Shown: positions 10,944 through 26,559 of the stretch, one piece after another
Numbering within the stretch: position 1 is the stretch's first letter
How the letters are laid out: each line of letters starts with the position of its first letter
Assembly (NCBI GenBank): GCA_964016885.1
Contig: OZ024740.1
Location: 132,246,001 to 132,310,000 of the forward strand
DNA length: 64,000 nt
Direction: 5' to 3'
Source of the DNA: Eledone cirrhosa
Taxonomy: Eukaryota
The notes under the pieces: generated by a model
Database searches by the model: none
What the model was told of the DNA's origin: nothing
What the model saw: only the letters and a program-made list of their open reading frames with translations
Made by a program: the position numbers and the translations under genes

Positions 10944-13900
10944 ATATATATATGTACGTATGTATATAGCAAAAGAATCAGGATAAGTACAAGTAATTTA
11001 GTAATATAAAGGGTTGGATCAAAGCAATTCTATTAAGCATAATCTACAGGGATTGATGACAACAGTATAGTTCAGCCAATTACTGCGTGTCACTTCATTT
11101 GATCGCTTGATCAGTCACTTGGAAGTGCTAAACATTATGTAGATGTTGCCTCAATGCCTAAATGTACTTCGAAAGTACAAGATAAAACTAGGTTAGCGAG
11201 AGAAAGCGCCGAACGAACCATCTCATATCGCTGCACACATTATTGTGGGTGGCTAAATTGTAATGTTGGTTTTCATCGTTAACATCACCGTTAATTACCA
11301 TGAAAGCCACTTTATTAATAACTCCCTCTGTCTATCTCTGTCGCTACCTTTATATTTCTAGTCATTAATACACGAACATGATTTGGTAACCATAAAGGAT
11401 TCGTTTCTCTTGAAAATTCTATTAAAATTAAAGGCTCTTTTAGTCACCATCCCATATATCAAAGAAAGAAGCAATTTTATATTAGCAAGATTCCCGGAAG
11501 TGTGATTCTTCTATAAACCTATACAATATGAATTCGCTATTGACCACATTACTCGTTATTAATTATGTAAATATATTATGAATATCCTACAAGTACTATC
11601 TCATTTCACCATCGCCATTTCTCTTTCTATCCATGTCTCAGCAAATAATCTCTATACTGATGTATAGTGCCACCTATATTATCATTGTCAACTTTTGCCA
11701 TATATTTTCATTTCATCGTTTTAACTTATATTTTGAAAGTTTCTCTACCGTTATGAACTACTTTCTATCACATTGCGAAGTTTTCCAAGCGGTGTTCATA
11801 TTGGTGTCATCCGTGCTGCTAGGGCCTTTTGTTTTCTTAACGTTATTTTTCTTAAGTAATGAAGTATCTGCAGCTGCTGTTTACGTCATTCTTTAGCGAA
11901 TGTCATGTATGTTGTTATTTAGTGAAATTGTTATTAAGGTTACATGTCTTGTATACTAGAGGGAATTGTCACTGTAAGTAAAATAATAGGATAAAACATT
12001 CAATTTTACTTGTCATTATCTTCAGTATATTGTTAAGTTTGGCCAAAGCAAGGTATGAGAAACTACATTGTATACATAATCCTATCATCATTGTATATAA
12101 CGGCTGTGTGTTATTCAATGCACCCATATTTTATTTAAGTAAATAGAATAGGACACAGCATGTCTACTTAGTACGTAATCCACTCACTGCTTTATACTGA
12201 GAACACTCAGGTTGCTTCCCCCACTAACCTTAATAAAAATTAATTTGTAAATATCACCCATTATTGTTGAAATGAAATTTGAAATAAGCATTTAGATATA
12301 TGTAATGAAAGATTTATAGAAGAGGCGGTAGAAAGAGTTCCAGTTGGATGTGATTGAGGAATAACAAAAGCCATTTTAATCCGGTTTAAATGCACAAAAT
12401 GTAGCCGATATGAAGTGGATGAAAGGCGTTCTTAGAAGAGGACCCGTACGCTAAGTGGTGGATACCCACTTAGTCATTAGGGGCTTAATGGCTGAAATGC
12501 TTGGCTGATGTGAGCTTCTTACTATTTCGACAGCATAGAGATAGTAGCTTCTCGGAATAGCGTTCTTTTACGTTACTACTTCCTAACAAATTAACATGTC
12601 CATGTTTTTATTCAAAATATATTATCTAAAATATAGCATCGTATTCCTGAAGATTCGATGTAATAACCTAAATCCTGGTGCAAACCATGGAGTTTTATTT
12701 CTCATGTATGTTCTGAAATTGAGAAAAGTGTTTGACGTAAATTGTCATCTCTTTGCTTCAAAAACATACGGATTAATACAATTGATAAGGATATATATAA
12801 TTTTATTATTCGTTTTTGCCCCTCCTACATGTTTAAACTTTATATTCTTATAGTTTATATTACCCTGCTTTGCAACAACATATATAATCTATGAAAATAT
12901 TTCCTGAGACGTAAAATCTGCTGATTCCCATTTACAATCCAAGTGAGTAATTATATGTTAAATTTGACAAATTAATTTTAATATCGGAAACACATAAATC
13001 TGCGAGTAGTACAGAATACTAAATACCTGGAATTTATTAGACAGATATTTATTTTCACAGACAGTCTGCTAGAAGAAACGGTTGAGCATCAGAGAGACAA
13101 AAGGAGCAGGATAAGCATTAGAATAATGCAATCCCATATTTGATAATACTAATCAGAGCAAAATATTAATATGTCGAAATATACAGAAATGTTTGTGATT
13201 ATCAAATGGTAATGACACCATTTTTAACAGAGTGTTGTAGTTTGCTTTAAACATTGTTGAATAGGTAAAACACATTTAAATAATTTTGAAAACCATACCA
13301 ACACTCGAAAGAAAATCAAGTTTTGTAATATAACAAAACAATCTTACCTTAGCAAATTTGATAATTTATGTTTTCATTCTATATTTTAATATAAATATAT
13401 ATATTCAGAAAATTTAAATTCAATATGCATTTAAAATTAATGGGAGAATTGAATCGTTAAAATAAATCTTCAATTGATCACACGTGAAACAAATATGAAA
13501 AATATGTATTTATTTTTTTATCACTTTAAAGATATTTGGGAAAGTTTTGCGAGAAGAATGAGAGTTATTTTATTCTATATTGTGTTTCCTCATTCATTTA
13601 AGAAATATTGAAATCTTTTCTTTATTCATGACTAGCAAAATCTGGCGCCGGATACTACGTCAGTAGAACCCATTACTCACTTGCCATTTGTAAATATCAA
13701 CCTCGAATTTTTCCTTTAAATTACATTATACGTTATATAATCCGAATGTGATTACAAGCGATTTAGTTTACAAAGATATTTCAAGCTTCCATTACAAAAA
13801 TATTAAATGAATTATATTGGGATTACTCCGGCTCCATCTAAATGAAAAAATAAATAAATACAATAATACAAAATATATTCATTAAATATATAAGACATAC

Positions 13901-14003
13901 GAAAGAAGAATGATATATTCTTTCACACATTTTAATTTCTTTTAAATGTTTCATTCTCATTTCGTTGTGAAAAGTGTTACCTGTGCATATATATATATAC
14001 ATA

Positions 14004-14086
<83 letters not shown>

Positions 14087-14153
14087 TTATTTATTTATAT
14101 ATACATATATATAAATAAATATACACGGTGTGTATGATTGTGTATAGAAGATT

Positions 14154-14528
14154 ATATTAATAAAAGGAATTCCAACTTTGTCTGATTTACTCGTTTTATT
14201 TACAATCCTTTAAAATTATAATGATATTATAATGAAATAGTATGGTAGAATATTAAATGTTATGTGTAAATTGAACAAGTACTGTCATGCTTTCGCAATC
14301 TTCAGGTTCATATTCTGTGGTGACAGTCAAGTTTGCAATTTTCAACTGTGAAAATTGCAAACTTGACTGTCACCACAGAATACCTGAAGATTGCGAAAGT
14401 ATGAAAGTACTTGTTCAATTAACACTGAACATTTAATATTCTACCATACTATTTCATTATAATATCATTATAATTTTAAAGGATTGTAAAGAAAACGAGT
14501 AAATCAGACAAAGTTGGAATTCCTTTTA

Positions 14529-14535
<7 letters not shown>
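14154..14535. mobile_element. ~380-bp palindrome made of two inverted HHR-bearing arms (probable solo pLTR fold-back)
   Basis: Centre near 14346; HHR at 14272-14310 (-) and 14381-14417 (+); two-arm consensus TGAAC-CTGAAGA-t-TGC-gaaa-GCA-t-GAAA-GTAC-TT-GTTCA. Confidence 0.8.
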
Positions 14536-14585
<50 letters not shown>

Positions 14586-16499
14586 AATTTTGCCTTTAAA
14601 TCTTCGATTTAAAAACCACCCACATCAAGCATATCACATATGTTCGAAAATGTATATACCAATTGGTAGTAATTTCAAAGTAACCCCTGTGTATATGCAG
14701 AATGGTATTGAAAATATCGTAAACACTTGTTGGTTGTAGTTGTTGATGTAGTAGTAATAGCACAATGAAAAACGTTTATATATATATATATACGCACCAT
14801 AAAACTATCCTTCAAATCAGTTTCTACTAACCGGCTGAAATATAGTGCGTAAAGTAAGCATTGTGTTAATCGATTAATTAAGTAAATCTTCAATTGTGAT
14901 ATTATATACTCGATGCACAGTGGGTATTTTATGACAAACATAGTTCCTTGGCAATCACATCTCAATGGATTTAATATTCAAATATAAATATTTAGTCAGG
15001 AGTATTTACTTTCGCAATATTTTCTGGACTCAAAGCACAAGCGACGCTTGCATAAGCTGAAATGTATTATATCCACATAAATGGGGTAACGCAATCGGTA
15101 ACATATGATATGAATCTACGAATCCCTATTGAATTTGGTTTCCATGACTTTCGCTTTAATTAATATGTTTCACACCATATGAGCCGTAATTGCAATTATA
15201 GCAGTTTGTCAGATGATTATATGCGTTTGCTGATATAACTGAATATATATTGTCGCCAACATGTAAACTCATTAAACGAAATTATACTGCTATCAATATA
15301 TATGATATATATCAGTGAGATCAAAGTTCATTTGTATCATTTCTCCGCTGAACTGTGTGTGTATTTCCTTTAACATAATTTGCCGAAGTTTTACTCTAAA
15401 ACTATTTTCATCTGTTATAGTAATATTTTAAAATTAATTACAGCTTCTAGAAACGTCGTGACCCACGAAATATATATTCCTATTTGCTATTTCAATGGTT
15501 TAGTAGCAGAACGACCGTGCATCCAAATTACAAAAAAAATAAATAAATAAATAAAATAAAATAAAAAAAATAAAAATAAAGAAATGAAAATAAATAAATA
15601 ATTCGAATGTAAGTCATGAAAGCTTCTAAGCAATATGTCTCTTCAACACTATTCATATACATTACCATTGTTAGCAACAATTGAGGAGTTATACTAACTA
15701 AACATACAATATATGAAAACACTAATTAAGTTAACGTAAAAATTGCAGAAAATATAATTACTAACAAATTTATTATATTTGCCACATCAAAATGTTATTT
15801 TTGGTAAAAATAATAGAGAGTTATGAACCACTTGATTTTCCACCAGCTTCTGGTGATGTAGGTGCTGAAATACGATTAAACAATTGTTATAAAGACATTT
15901 TTCATAGAATAGAGTTTTCTCGCACAGTGCTGTGAGCGAGTGTTAATCGTATATGCATTAATGAGCTCGACGATTTACTGGATAATTCAGTCAATATAAA
16001 CAACGTAAGTTGCTTATGTGTTATTAAATGAGAGTTATAAAAACACAGTTCACACATGGTGATACGCAAGAATGAGACAGTCAAAGCTTCAGAATAAAGG
16101 GTCAAATATAGGGGCTTTCTATAATATTTATCCTATTATAGACAAATATAATATAAATCTATAGATACTAGCAAACAGTAAAAGCCACGCAAATATTTGT
16201 GTTTATGCGTAGATGCTATAAATAAAGGTACTAGTGCAATATATTCAGTCATATATTATATATTCATTATTATAAACATTATTAAATTCTGGAAATTTGT
16301 TATATAAATAAGATGACACCATAAGCGGGATGCACTACAACAATTCCAAATTCTGCAGTAAAGGCTCGTGAATCAAGACGTACAGAAAGAAAGAGAGAGG
16401 GCGTCATTTACGGACAGATTGTGGGGTGTGAAACGGTTTCTAATTTTGGCTATTTACTTTGACCACCGCGTAGATGCCTCTGTGCATTGCAAAGATTCA

Positions 16500-16583
16500 G
16501 CCTCTGAAATCGGGAACGAAGAAAGATGCCTTGAAAACAGCCGCCAGGCATCGATGGTCGACCTATCAAAAGCATTTGATTGA
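16500..16583 (+). pseudogene. Tiny LINE RT remnant
   Basis: Translates to ...MVDLSKAFD*, an RT motif; no other support. Confidence 0.3.
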
Positions 16584-16802
16584 AATAAATTGATCAGAGA
16601 CCCACCGAAGCAAGGTTTACACCTTTCCCTTTCTATGATATTTCGCATGAGGTGCAGTTTATCGTGTATAATTATAGGTCGGGATTGCGCAAATTTTCGC
16701 CTCTTCAACCAAATCCTCGACGAGAAGCGCAAAAATTTCGCAACATCTCGGCCAAAGTAGACTTCTCTCCCGACAAATTGCTGGCCTTGTGCCTTTATTA
16801 GA

Positions 16803-16844
<42 letters not shown>

Positions 16845-16845
16845 T

Positions 16846-19800
16846 AACGCTACCGCCGCCAGTCTCCCACTTCTCCCTGCTGGCTGCTACTTCCACATTA
16901 TAGAATTCATATTACTAACAAAGAGGAAGGCATCAAAATATATAGATAGACTCAAAAGAAAAAAGAAAAAACAAACAATAAAACCAAAGCAGCACAGCAA
17001 CAACAGCAAAAAGGAGAAAAACAAACAGAGAAATACAAAAACAAAAAAAGAAACCCCAAAAACGTAAAGAAAATAAGAATGAAGAGAGAAGCAGCCGGAC
17101 GGACAGAGAAGAGGGGGGGGGGGGGAAGTAAAACTTAAAAAACAAAAACTAAGTCAGACATTCGAACACTACATTACAATGAAACTTATGCTTATTCATT
17201 TTTGGGGCCCTTTCTGCCTGTGTGTTTGTTTGTTTATGTGTGTTCGTATACAGCGTGGTGATAATGCCACACAAGGGCCAAGTGGGATGGCGGATCCACA
17301 GATGGCTATGTAACTATACATTCGCCAATCCTCGATAAGAGTGTTTAAATATCGAACATAAACAGGTCGAATAACGGTGAAATGGAGACTAGAACGTCAT
17401 GTGACAGACTCTCAGCCAACAGGTGCCCCCTGGCTCAGCAGCAGGAACCTGACTGTCAACCAAATACTGCTGATGTTGGAGGAAGAAGAAGAAGGAAAGG
17501 GGCCAGAACCAACTGGACGAAAGAATTGAATAGAACTGTTATGCAATGCTACCTGAAAAGTAACCCCAAGGAGAGGGGCTACAGAAGACGGATGCATAAC
17601 AACTGGAACTAGATTGGTTTATTTAAATTATATGAACAAAAATTGGCCGGGCAGGCCCGGGTAATAAGAACTAATGGGTGGATAAGCGAGCTGGAACTGG
17701 AGGAACTGAGCAGAGAGAATGGCTTGGAGATGGCGGGTGTAGTATGCCAGACAAGCGAGCCAGTGGGAAATGAAGGTGAAGAGGTCCTGAGAACGGAGGA
17801 ACCACCCGAAGCAGACAATGATCTGAATACTGAGATAAATAATACCTGGAACAGAGATACGGCCACTGAGGAGATGAATGCTGACGGGCTAGAACAAGAT
17901 TCGGTTGACATCCTAAATTTAGTGGTAGATGAATTGAACAATGATAGTGGGAGACCTATGAACCTAAGATTTGTAGACAGGAAAAAGTTAAAAGAAACAA
18001 CAGCTAAGGTAAACAAAGTCATCCCATACCTTGAGGCGAGGAGCCTTCACCAGTGCAACAATATCCTCAAAGCAACAGCAAATACGGTGAGAAACTACTT
18101 GGTATAAAAGCGAGAGGAGACAACAGACAAGAAAGAGCAGAGCCGTGGTGGAAGAAGCGACTGAGTGGGCAAATCGGGGAAATGAGAAATGACATAGGAA
18201 AGCTTGAGTCACTACTGAATGGGACACTAAAAAACATAGGCACTAAAAATAGACTGGAAATAAAATACAAAACTAGGAGTAAAAAGCTAAATATTATCAT
18301 AGAGGAATTGAAGCAACGCATTGTAGCAAAGAGTGCAAAAATCAGGCGATACGAGAACAGAGTCAGTCAGTATAAACAGAACCGCATGTTCGACAACAAC
18401 CAGAAGATGCTGTTTGGACAGCTTGAGGGGAAAGAAAGAGGCAACGACTTGATCCCTGGGGCGGAACAAACTAAAACATTCTGGAGAGGAATATGGGAGC
18501 AGGATGTTAGACACAATGCCCAGGCAGGGTGGATTGAGACAGTTCAGAGGGAGATCGGTGAGCAGGCACAACAACAAACTGATTTGAGTATCACAGTTGA
18601 AACTCTTAAGGGGCAAGCCAAAAAACTAACCAACTGGAAATCACCAGGCCCAGATGGTGTGCAGGGGTATTGGATTAAACATTTAACATCCCTCCACCCG
18701 AAGCTGACGACCATGTTCAATGACTGCTTGGTGTCGGGTGAGGTGCCAGAGTGGTTGACAAAAGGTACCACAGTTCTGATAATGAAAGACCGAATCAAGG
18801 GTAATGATGTTACCAACTATAGACCTATCACATGTCTGTCCGTAATGTGGAAACTGTTGACGAGCATTGTGTCTGAGGAAATCTACCATCACCTCCACAC
18901 AAACAACTTGTTACCGGACGAACAGAAAGGATGCCGAAAGAAGTCACGTGGTACAAAGGACCAGTTACTTATTGATAAGATGGTAATGGGGAATTGCAGG
19001 AGGAGACACACTGATCTTGCCATGGGATGGATAGACTACAGAAAGGCATTTGACATGGTGCCTCATTCCTGGATCACCAAAAGCCTGGAGATCTTCAAGG
19101 TGGCAGATAACATCAGACAGTTGCTAGGCAGGAGTATGGGGTCCTGGGAGACAGAGTTGACATCAACTGGAGTATCCTTGGGAAGCGTGAAGATCAAGAG
19201 AGGTATCTTCCAGGGAGATAGCCTGTCCCCTCTGTTGTTTGTCCTTGCCCTGATGCCCTTGACCATTATGCTGCGAAAAGTGAGAGCAGGATACAAGTTG
19301 GGAAGGGGAGAGCTTACCATCAATCACCTCCTCTTCATGGACGATCTTAAGCTCTTCGGAAGTGTGAGAAGGAGTTGGATGTGCTTGTTGACACTGTCCG
19401 TATTTTCAGCAGTGATATATGTATGCAGTTTGGTATTGGTAAATGTGGAGTCATTGTGATGAAGAGGGGTAGGTTGAGCAGAAGTAACGGGATCCAGATA
19501 CCAACAGGTGAGATGATAAAGGAAATTGACTCTGAGGAAGGATACAAGTATTTGGGCGTTCTGGAGGCTGATGGCATAAAGAACAAAAAAATGAAGGAAT
19601 TGTTAAGAACTGAATACATTCGGAGAGTAAGGAGCGTATTGAAGTCACATCTGAACAGCAGAAATGCCATAAGCGCAGTAAATTCCCGAGCTGTGTCTAT
19701 TATTAGGTACAGTGCGGGAATTCTGAGATGGAATGTTGCTGAACAAAAAGAAATGGATAGGAAGACTAGGAAGCTATTGACTATCTACAACATGTTCCAC

Positions 19801-20842
19801 AAGAGTGATGTCGATAGACTCTACCTAAGGAGATCTGAGGGTGGAAGAGGTCTTATCAGCATAGAGGACTGTGTTCAGAGGGAGAAAAACAACCTATACA
19901 AATACGTGACCTATAGTAAGGAGCCAATGCTCAGAACTGTACTGAAGGAGGGGACAGTAGGCCAGGGGATGTCCAAGGAGGAAATAACATCAAGGAGGAA
20001 GAGCAGCCTTAAGGGAAAATCCCTTCATATTACCTTCTTTGAAAAAACTGAATTTAGAGATCCACAGACATGGAACTGGTTGAGAAGAGGAGACCTCAAA
20101 AAGGCTACAGAAGGAATGCTAATGGCTGCGCAGGAGCAGGCCCTCAAAACGAAGTGGTTGAAGCACCATATCTACAAGGAGGAGGCTAGCCCTCTGTGCA
20201 GGATCTGTGGAAAGAGAGAGGAGACTGTGGCTCACATTGTGTCCGAGTGTAAACACCTAGCCCAGACCCACTATAAGGGCTGGAGACACGATGTGATGGG
20301 CAGGGTGATCCACTGGCACCTGTGCAAAGTAAACAATTTACCACATTCTGAGAAATGGTATGAGCATAGGCCAGAGGCGGTGATGGAGAACAATCAGGTG
20401 AAGGTGCTGTGGGATTTTAGGATACAGACGGACAAAAAACTGGAACACAATAGACCTGACCTGGTGGTTGTGGACAAAGAAAAAAGATCGTGCCTGATTG
20501 TGGATGTGGCCTGCCCGTTCGACACGAGAGTGCAAGAGAAGGAGAGGGAGAAAATTAACCGATACCAGGACCTAAAGTGGGAGGTGAAAAGGATTTGGAA
20601 CTGCCATGAAGTCAAACTGATCCCGATTGTCATAGGCGCACTGGGGACTATCTCCAAAAGTTTCCAGGGATGGTTAAAGAAAATCGGCCCCTTCACGCTT
20701 TTTGGAACGCTTCAAAAGGCATGCTTGCTTGGAACAGCAAGAACCCTCCGATACGTCCTGAATATCTGAGGCTGCAGGTAGTGGCTTGATATTCAATCCA
20801 ACGGACTTTCCAGTTAACCAACATCAATGACTGAGATTCAAG

Positions 20843-20843
<1 letters not shown>
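16846..20843 (+). mobile_element. R4/Dong-like non-LTR retrotransposon (RT plus restriction-like endonuclease)
   Basis: Single disrupted ORF; flanked by (TAA)n at 16804-16845 and 20844-20876; 5' boundary uncertain. Confidence 0.85.
17382..20769 (+). pseudogene. R4/Dong-type ORF with one stop and two frameshifts
   Basis: N-terminal WTKELN..VMQCY..RGYRRRM; KSPGPDG, NYRPITCL, WIDYRKAFD, GIFQGDSLSP, LFMDD, YKYLG; zinc knuckle CRICGKREETVAHIVSEC; RHD; RPDLVVVD..IVDVACP..EKINRY. Confidence 0.93.
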
Positions 20844-20876
<33 letters not shown>

Positions 20877-20881
20877 TGTTT

Positions 20882-20980
20882 TGGGGTCGATAAATAAAGA
20901 ACCAGTAACGCACTTGGATCGAATTATTCGGTCCCCCAACCTCCTATGTCGTCGGAATTGTGCTTAAATCAGAAATCAGT
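20882..20980 (+). mobile_element. 3' fragment of a tRNA-derived SINE
   Basis: ggggtcgataaataaagaaccagtaacgcact matches the SINE body at 33961-34000. Confidence 0.6.
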
Positions 20981-21618
20981 ATATATATATTTCTTTTTAC
21001 AAATCTCCAAGAAAACCAACCTCTACACCGCCCAGAACCCATTGCAATCGTGTTTATTCCCACATATGCATATTTATATTTATTTTTAACATTGCTTTCA
21101 TGTGCAACACCTAAAAATAATTAGGTTCTCTTCATACAAGGAGCACATAAACACACATACACACACACACACACACATACAACCCCTAACCTTTTTATCA
21201 GATTCTCTCACAAACCACAAATAATGATATTTTGAGACAATTGAACCACATCTTAATACCCACTTAAAAAACGCACACCAAAATAGCCATCTGGCCCATT
21301 ATTAAGAATGGTAAGAAAATTTCCTATTTTTAACTAAATGTCTTCAATTGAATCTGGTCCTATTGAACCCCACTTCCATCTTCACCTCTGTACATTTATG
21401 ATGAACGTATATATAAAAAGAAATTTTGACAAAGAATTCACACTGCTAACAGAAAACATGGAAAACAATTTTTAAAATATCTAATATTTCATATTTGATA
21501 GGATTGTTTTACCAATCGAAACCGGTTAAATTTAATGCACCAGTTACAAAAATATTCATTGTGTTAGATTGAAGAAAAATAAACTTTAGATACATTTCTG
21601 TGCACATATATATAAGGA

Positions 21619-21870
21619 AAAAGATGAAATCGAAAATGCAACTGGAGTCTTATTTTAAAAAAATATATATATATTTATTTGGTTCCTTTACCGGTTTCGC
21701 AGTTCTTCTGCTTTTGAAAAGCAGAAGAACTGCGAAACCAGTAAAGGAACCAAATAAATATATATATATTTTTTAAAATAAGACTCCAGTTGCATTTTCG
21801 ATTTCATCTTTTTTTCTCATACTTTCACTTGTGTAGGACACCTCCGTTATTTTACATTTTGTAAAAAAAA
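21619..21870 (+). mobile_element. ~195-bp palindrome (21619-21812) plus tail; probable pLTR fold-back holding the 3' half of an HHR
   Basis: Centre at 21716; arm consensus gcag-aagaa-ctgc-GAAA-CCGG-TA-aagg. Confidence 0.65.
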
Positions 21871-21875
21871 AACAC

Positions 21876-23434
<1,559 letters not shown>

Positions 23435-23455
23435 GTATATATATATATATGTATA

Positions 23456-23579
<124 letters not shown>

Positions 23580-24347
23580 ATTTTATATATCTTGTAAGAT
23601 GTTTATATTTTTGTACCATCATAATTTTGGGTATTGTACAATTTATATTTTTTTCTCACCTACTCTGTAACTCTATATGAATAAATTTGTTAACTTATAT
23701 GCCATTATATATTATATATTATTATATTATTATTATAGTGTTATTGTGACATCTATATTGTTGTGTAAATTAACCGGAGATTATCTATTATATTATATTA
23801 TATTATATATTATATAATTATATACTCTATTATATATTATATTATTATATATTATATGTGTTACTTTTAATAATTTCATTACTTCATGTTATACTGTATA
23901 TTAGATATACGTATTATTTTTATCTTTATTCCTATTATGCTTATTTATATTTAAACTCTTAATAAGGTTTAATTTGTGCTGTTAATGATTGAAATGTGTA
24001 TTGATGTATATGTATATGTGCGTACGTGTGCGTATATATATACATATGTATACTGTGCCTTTTAAATTTAATTTTAATTTTAATATTGTTACAAGTATAT
24101 TATATTATATTATATTGTATTACATATAGTACTATAATTCCCGCTCTATATAACCACCTTTGTTTAGCTCTAGTTCTTTTTGCTTTGGACTATATTTGTA
24201 ATATGGTTCAAAATGTTATCCACCTCCTTAGTGATTTTTATTATATATTTTTACCCATAATCTTCCAATACTTTAGTGTATGTCCACTCCATATTCTTCG
24301 GAGTTTTCGGCTTGTATTGGCCGATAGTGCTTCTTGTGGTTTTGATT

Positions 24348-24385
24348 GCCCTGATGAGTCCTTAATAGGACGATACATTGTTGGC
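24348..24385 (+). ncRNA. Hammerhead ribozyme with one core mutation, at the end of an AT-rich probable PLE 3' UTR
   Basis: GCC-CTGATGA-GTCC-ttaata-GGAC-GATA-cattg-TT-GGC (GAAA changed to GATA). Confidence 0.65.
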
Positions 24386-24430
24386 TAATAAAGACTTTTG
24401 AAGTATTGAAGGCTTCTTTGTTTTATTTTC

Positions 24431-24566
24431 ATCCCGTTAAGGGTGAAAGCAGCGATTCTTTGCTTAAACTTTAATCTGTTATTTTAATAAATATTTGCTC
24501 TACGGTTCTTATATATTTGATATATATTTATCCTTATCGAGCCTTCTTTGGATTTTAGTCTTCAAT
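24431..24566 (+). mobile_element. pLTR fragment of the 7793-10943 family
   Basis: Reverse complement of about 10820-10943. Confidence 0.8.
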
Positions 24567-24583
24567 TTTATTATTATTACTAT

Positions 24584-24644
<61 letters not shown>

Positions 24645-25444
24645 AATATTAGACAGGAACAAAAAACAGAGAGGCAGTACAACTGGTAGTTTATTAGGTT
24701 CACGCTTTTGAGAGTGGATTGTGATATTTACCCACACGACATTGTTACATAAATCTCAAATAATAATTTGCTCATGTAATACTATTAATGCAATACAGGT
24801 TATTGATAATGTTGAATTAGTATTGTTTATTAGGATATTATTTACTTTTTCTCCTACATTAAATTCACAGCAACGTGATTAATTAGTCCTCTTTCTCTTT
24901 CGAAAGTTTGACAAATAAACATGATGGCTGCAACTAAATTTATAGAACGCTCATTGCTTGTTGATCCTTTTCTCAAATAACTGTGATAAGAATATGTCGT
25001 TTTAGCCCTCCCAAAGACTTACATTCCTGTAGCCAAATGACGACGTAAAAGAAAGAATGAAAATAAAATCAGAATTTTTCAGCAATAACCAGCAATGGTC
25101 ACACGTGAAATATGTCTAAGTCAGGTGATGATTGTCATTAAAATATTTTCATTTGATGAAATACTTTGCACTGGATAATCCCAATGTTTGTATAACTCTG
25201 GTAGGCATACAATAATGACAAGTCTTCCTTGGTTTTCATCGTAAGATGTCTTAACACGGTTGCGTATTCTCTTCCGGTGAGCTAACCGGATGCTCCGGAA
25301 CTAAAGCAGGTATGTACACGTCTCCACGAATATACATAGCTACATACTCACAAACAAATATGCATTCATACGTGAATGTATATGTGTGTATCTACGTGTA
25401 CGTGTGTGTTCATAGTAACACATACATTGGTTCATAATTATGTT

Positions 25445-25482
<38 letters not shown>

Positions 25483-26559
25483 TATACATGTGTGTGTGCG
25501 TGGGTGTGTGTGTGTATGTACACATACATACATCAAAACATACTTACGTACATTCATGACTACATACATATATACATACATACATATATACATGCATATA
25601 CATCGATATAGATACATTAATCGATAGGTAGACGAAGAAGGAAATATGATTTTTTTTTTATGTGTGGTTCTATGATGTACTATTATGGAAATTGTAAAGG
25701 ATTTATTCTACAATGTCACACAGTGTTTCTTAGAGTCTGCCTTCAATATAGACGGCCTTTTGTATCACCTTATGCGATGAATACGTTTAATTGAATGTAA
25801 ATTAATTTTGTTGGTTCTATATAATTAAGCTCCATAAAACTGCATCCAACCGAAAATGAGCCAAATTTCACTATTTTCTCCTGACAAATAGATTGTTTAA
25901 GCGTGAGAATATAATTAACATTGACCAAGAGTAAATTAAAATTGTATTATTATTCCATGCGCCATTCACCAGTGCGTAACATAATTGAATTGGTGTCTGT
26001 TTTGTGTTTTTTTTTCTAAAAGTTTGATGCAATTATTATCACTTTATTTTTTGTGTTTTATTTTGTTATTTTTTTGTTTTATTCTTTTTTTTTTTTTTTA
26101 TTTTCAATCATATTTTGTTTCATTGTTTTATTTCCTCTCAGATATAAAGAAAACAACTACATTTTTCTGATTAGAAAATACAATTCATTTTGTTTTGTTT
26201 AAATATTGCGAAAATAATATCATGTTAGGATAAAAAGAATTCCACTCCTGTCGCGTGTTTAACAGTTTCATGAAAAGAATAACAAATGTTCATAATCTCA
26301 TGTTATCAATGCACATAATATATTGTAATCCCAAATACGAATGCCTAGCAAAAATATGACTAGGTAAAGTTATAATGTGCGATGTAGAAATACTTAAATT
26401 GTGAATAATACGCTAAAATATACCATCTGTGGTTCATCATAAGAAATACATTAGCTTATTTAATTTTTTGTTAATAAGTTATATATAGATGAATAAACTA
26501 ATATATATATAAATATATACAAATATATATATATATATATATATAGTAATAATAATAAA

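Noticed and set aside
17250-17345. HDV-like ribozyme at the R4/Dong 5' end
   Set aside because: The nested double pseudoknot could not be assembled by eye
24700-26500. Host exons in unique AT-rich blocks (also 54500-55350 and 58200-59000)
   Set aside because: Isolated splice-like signals only; no coherent ORF or protein motif
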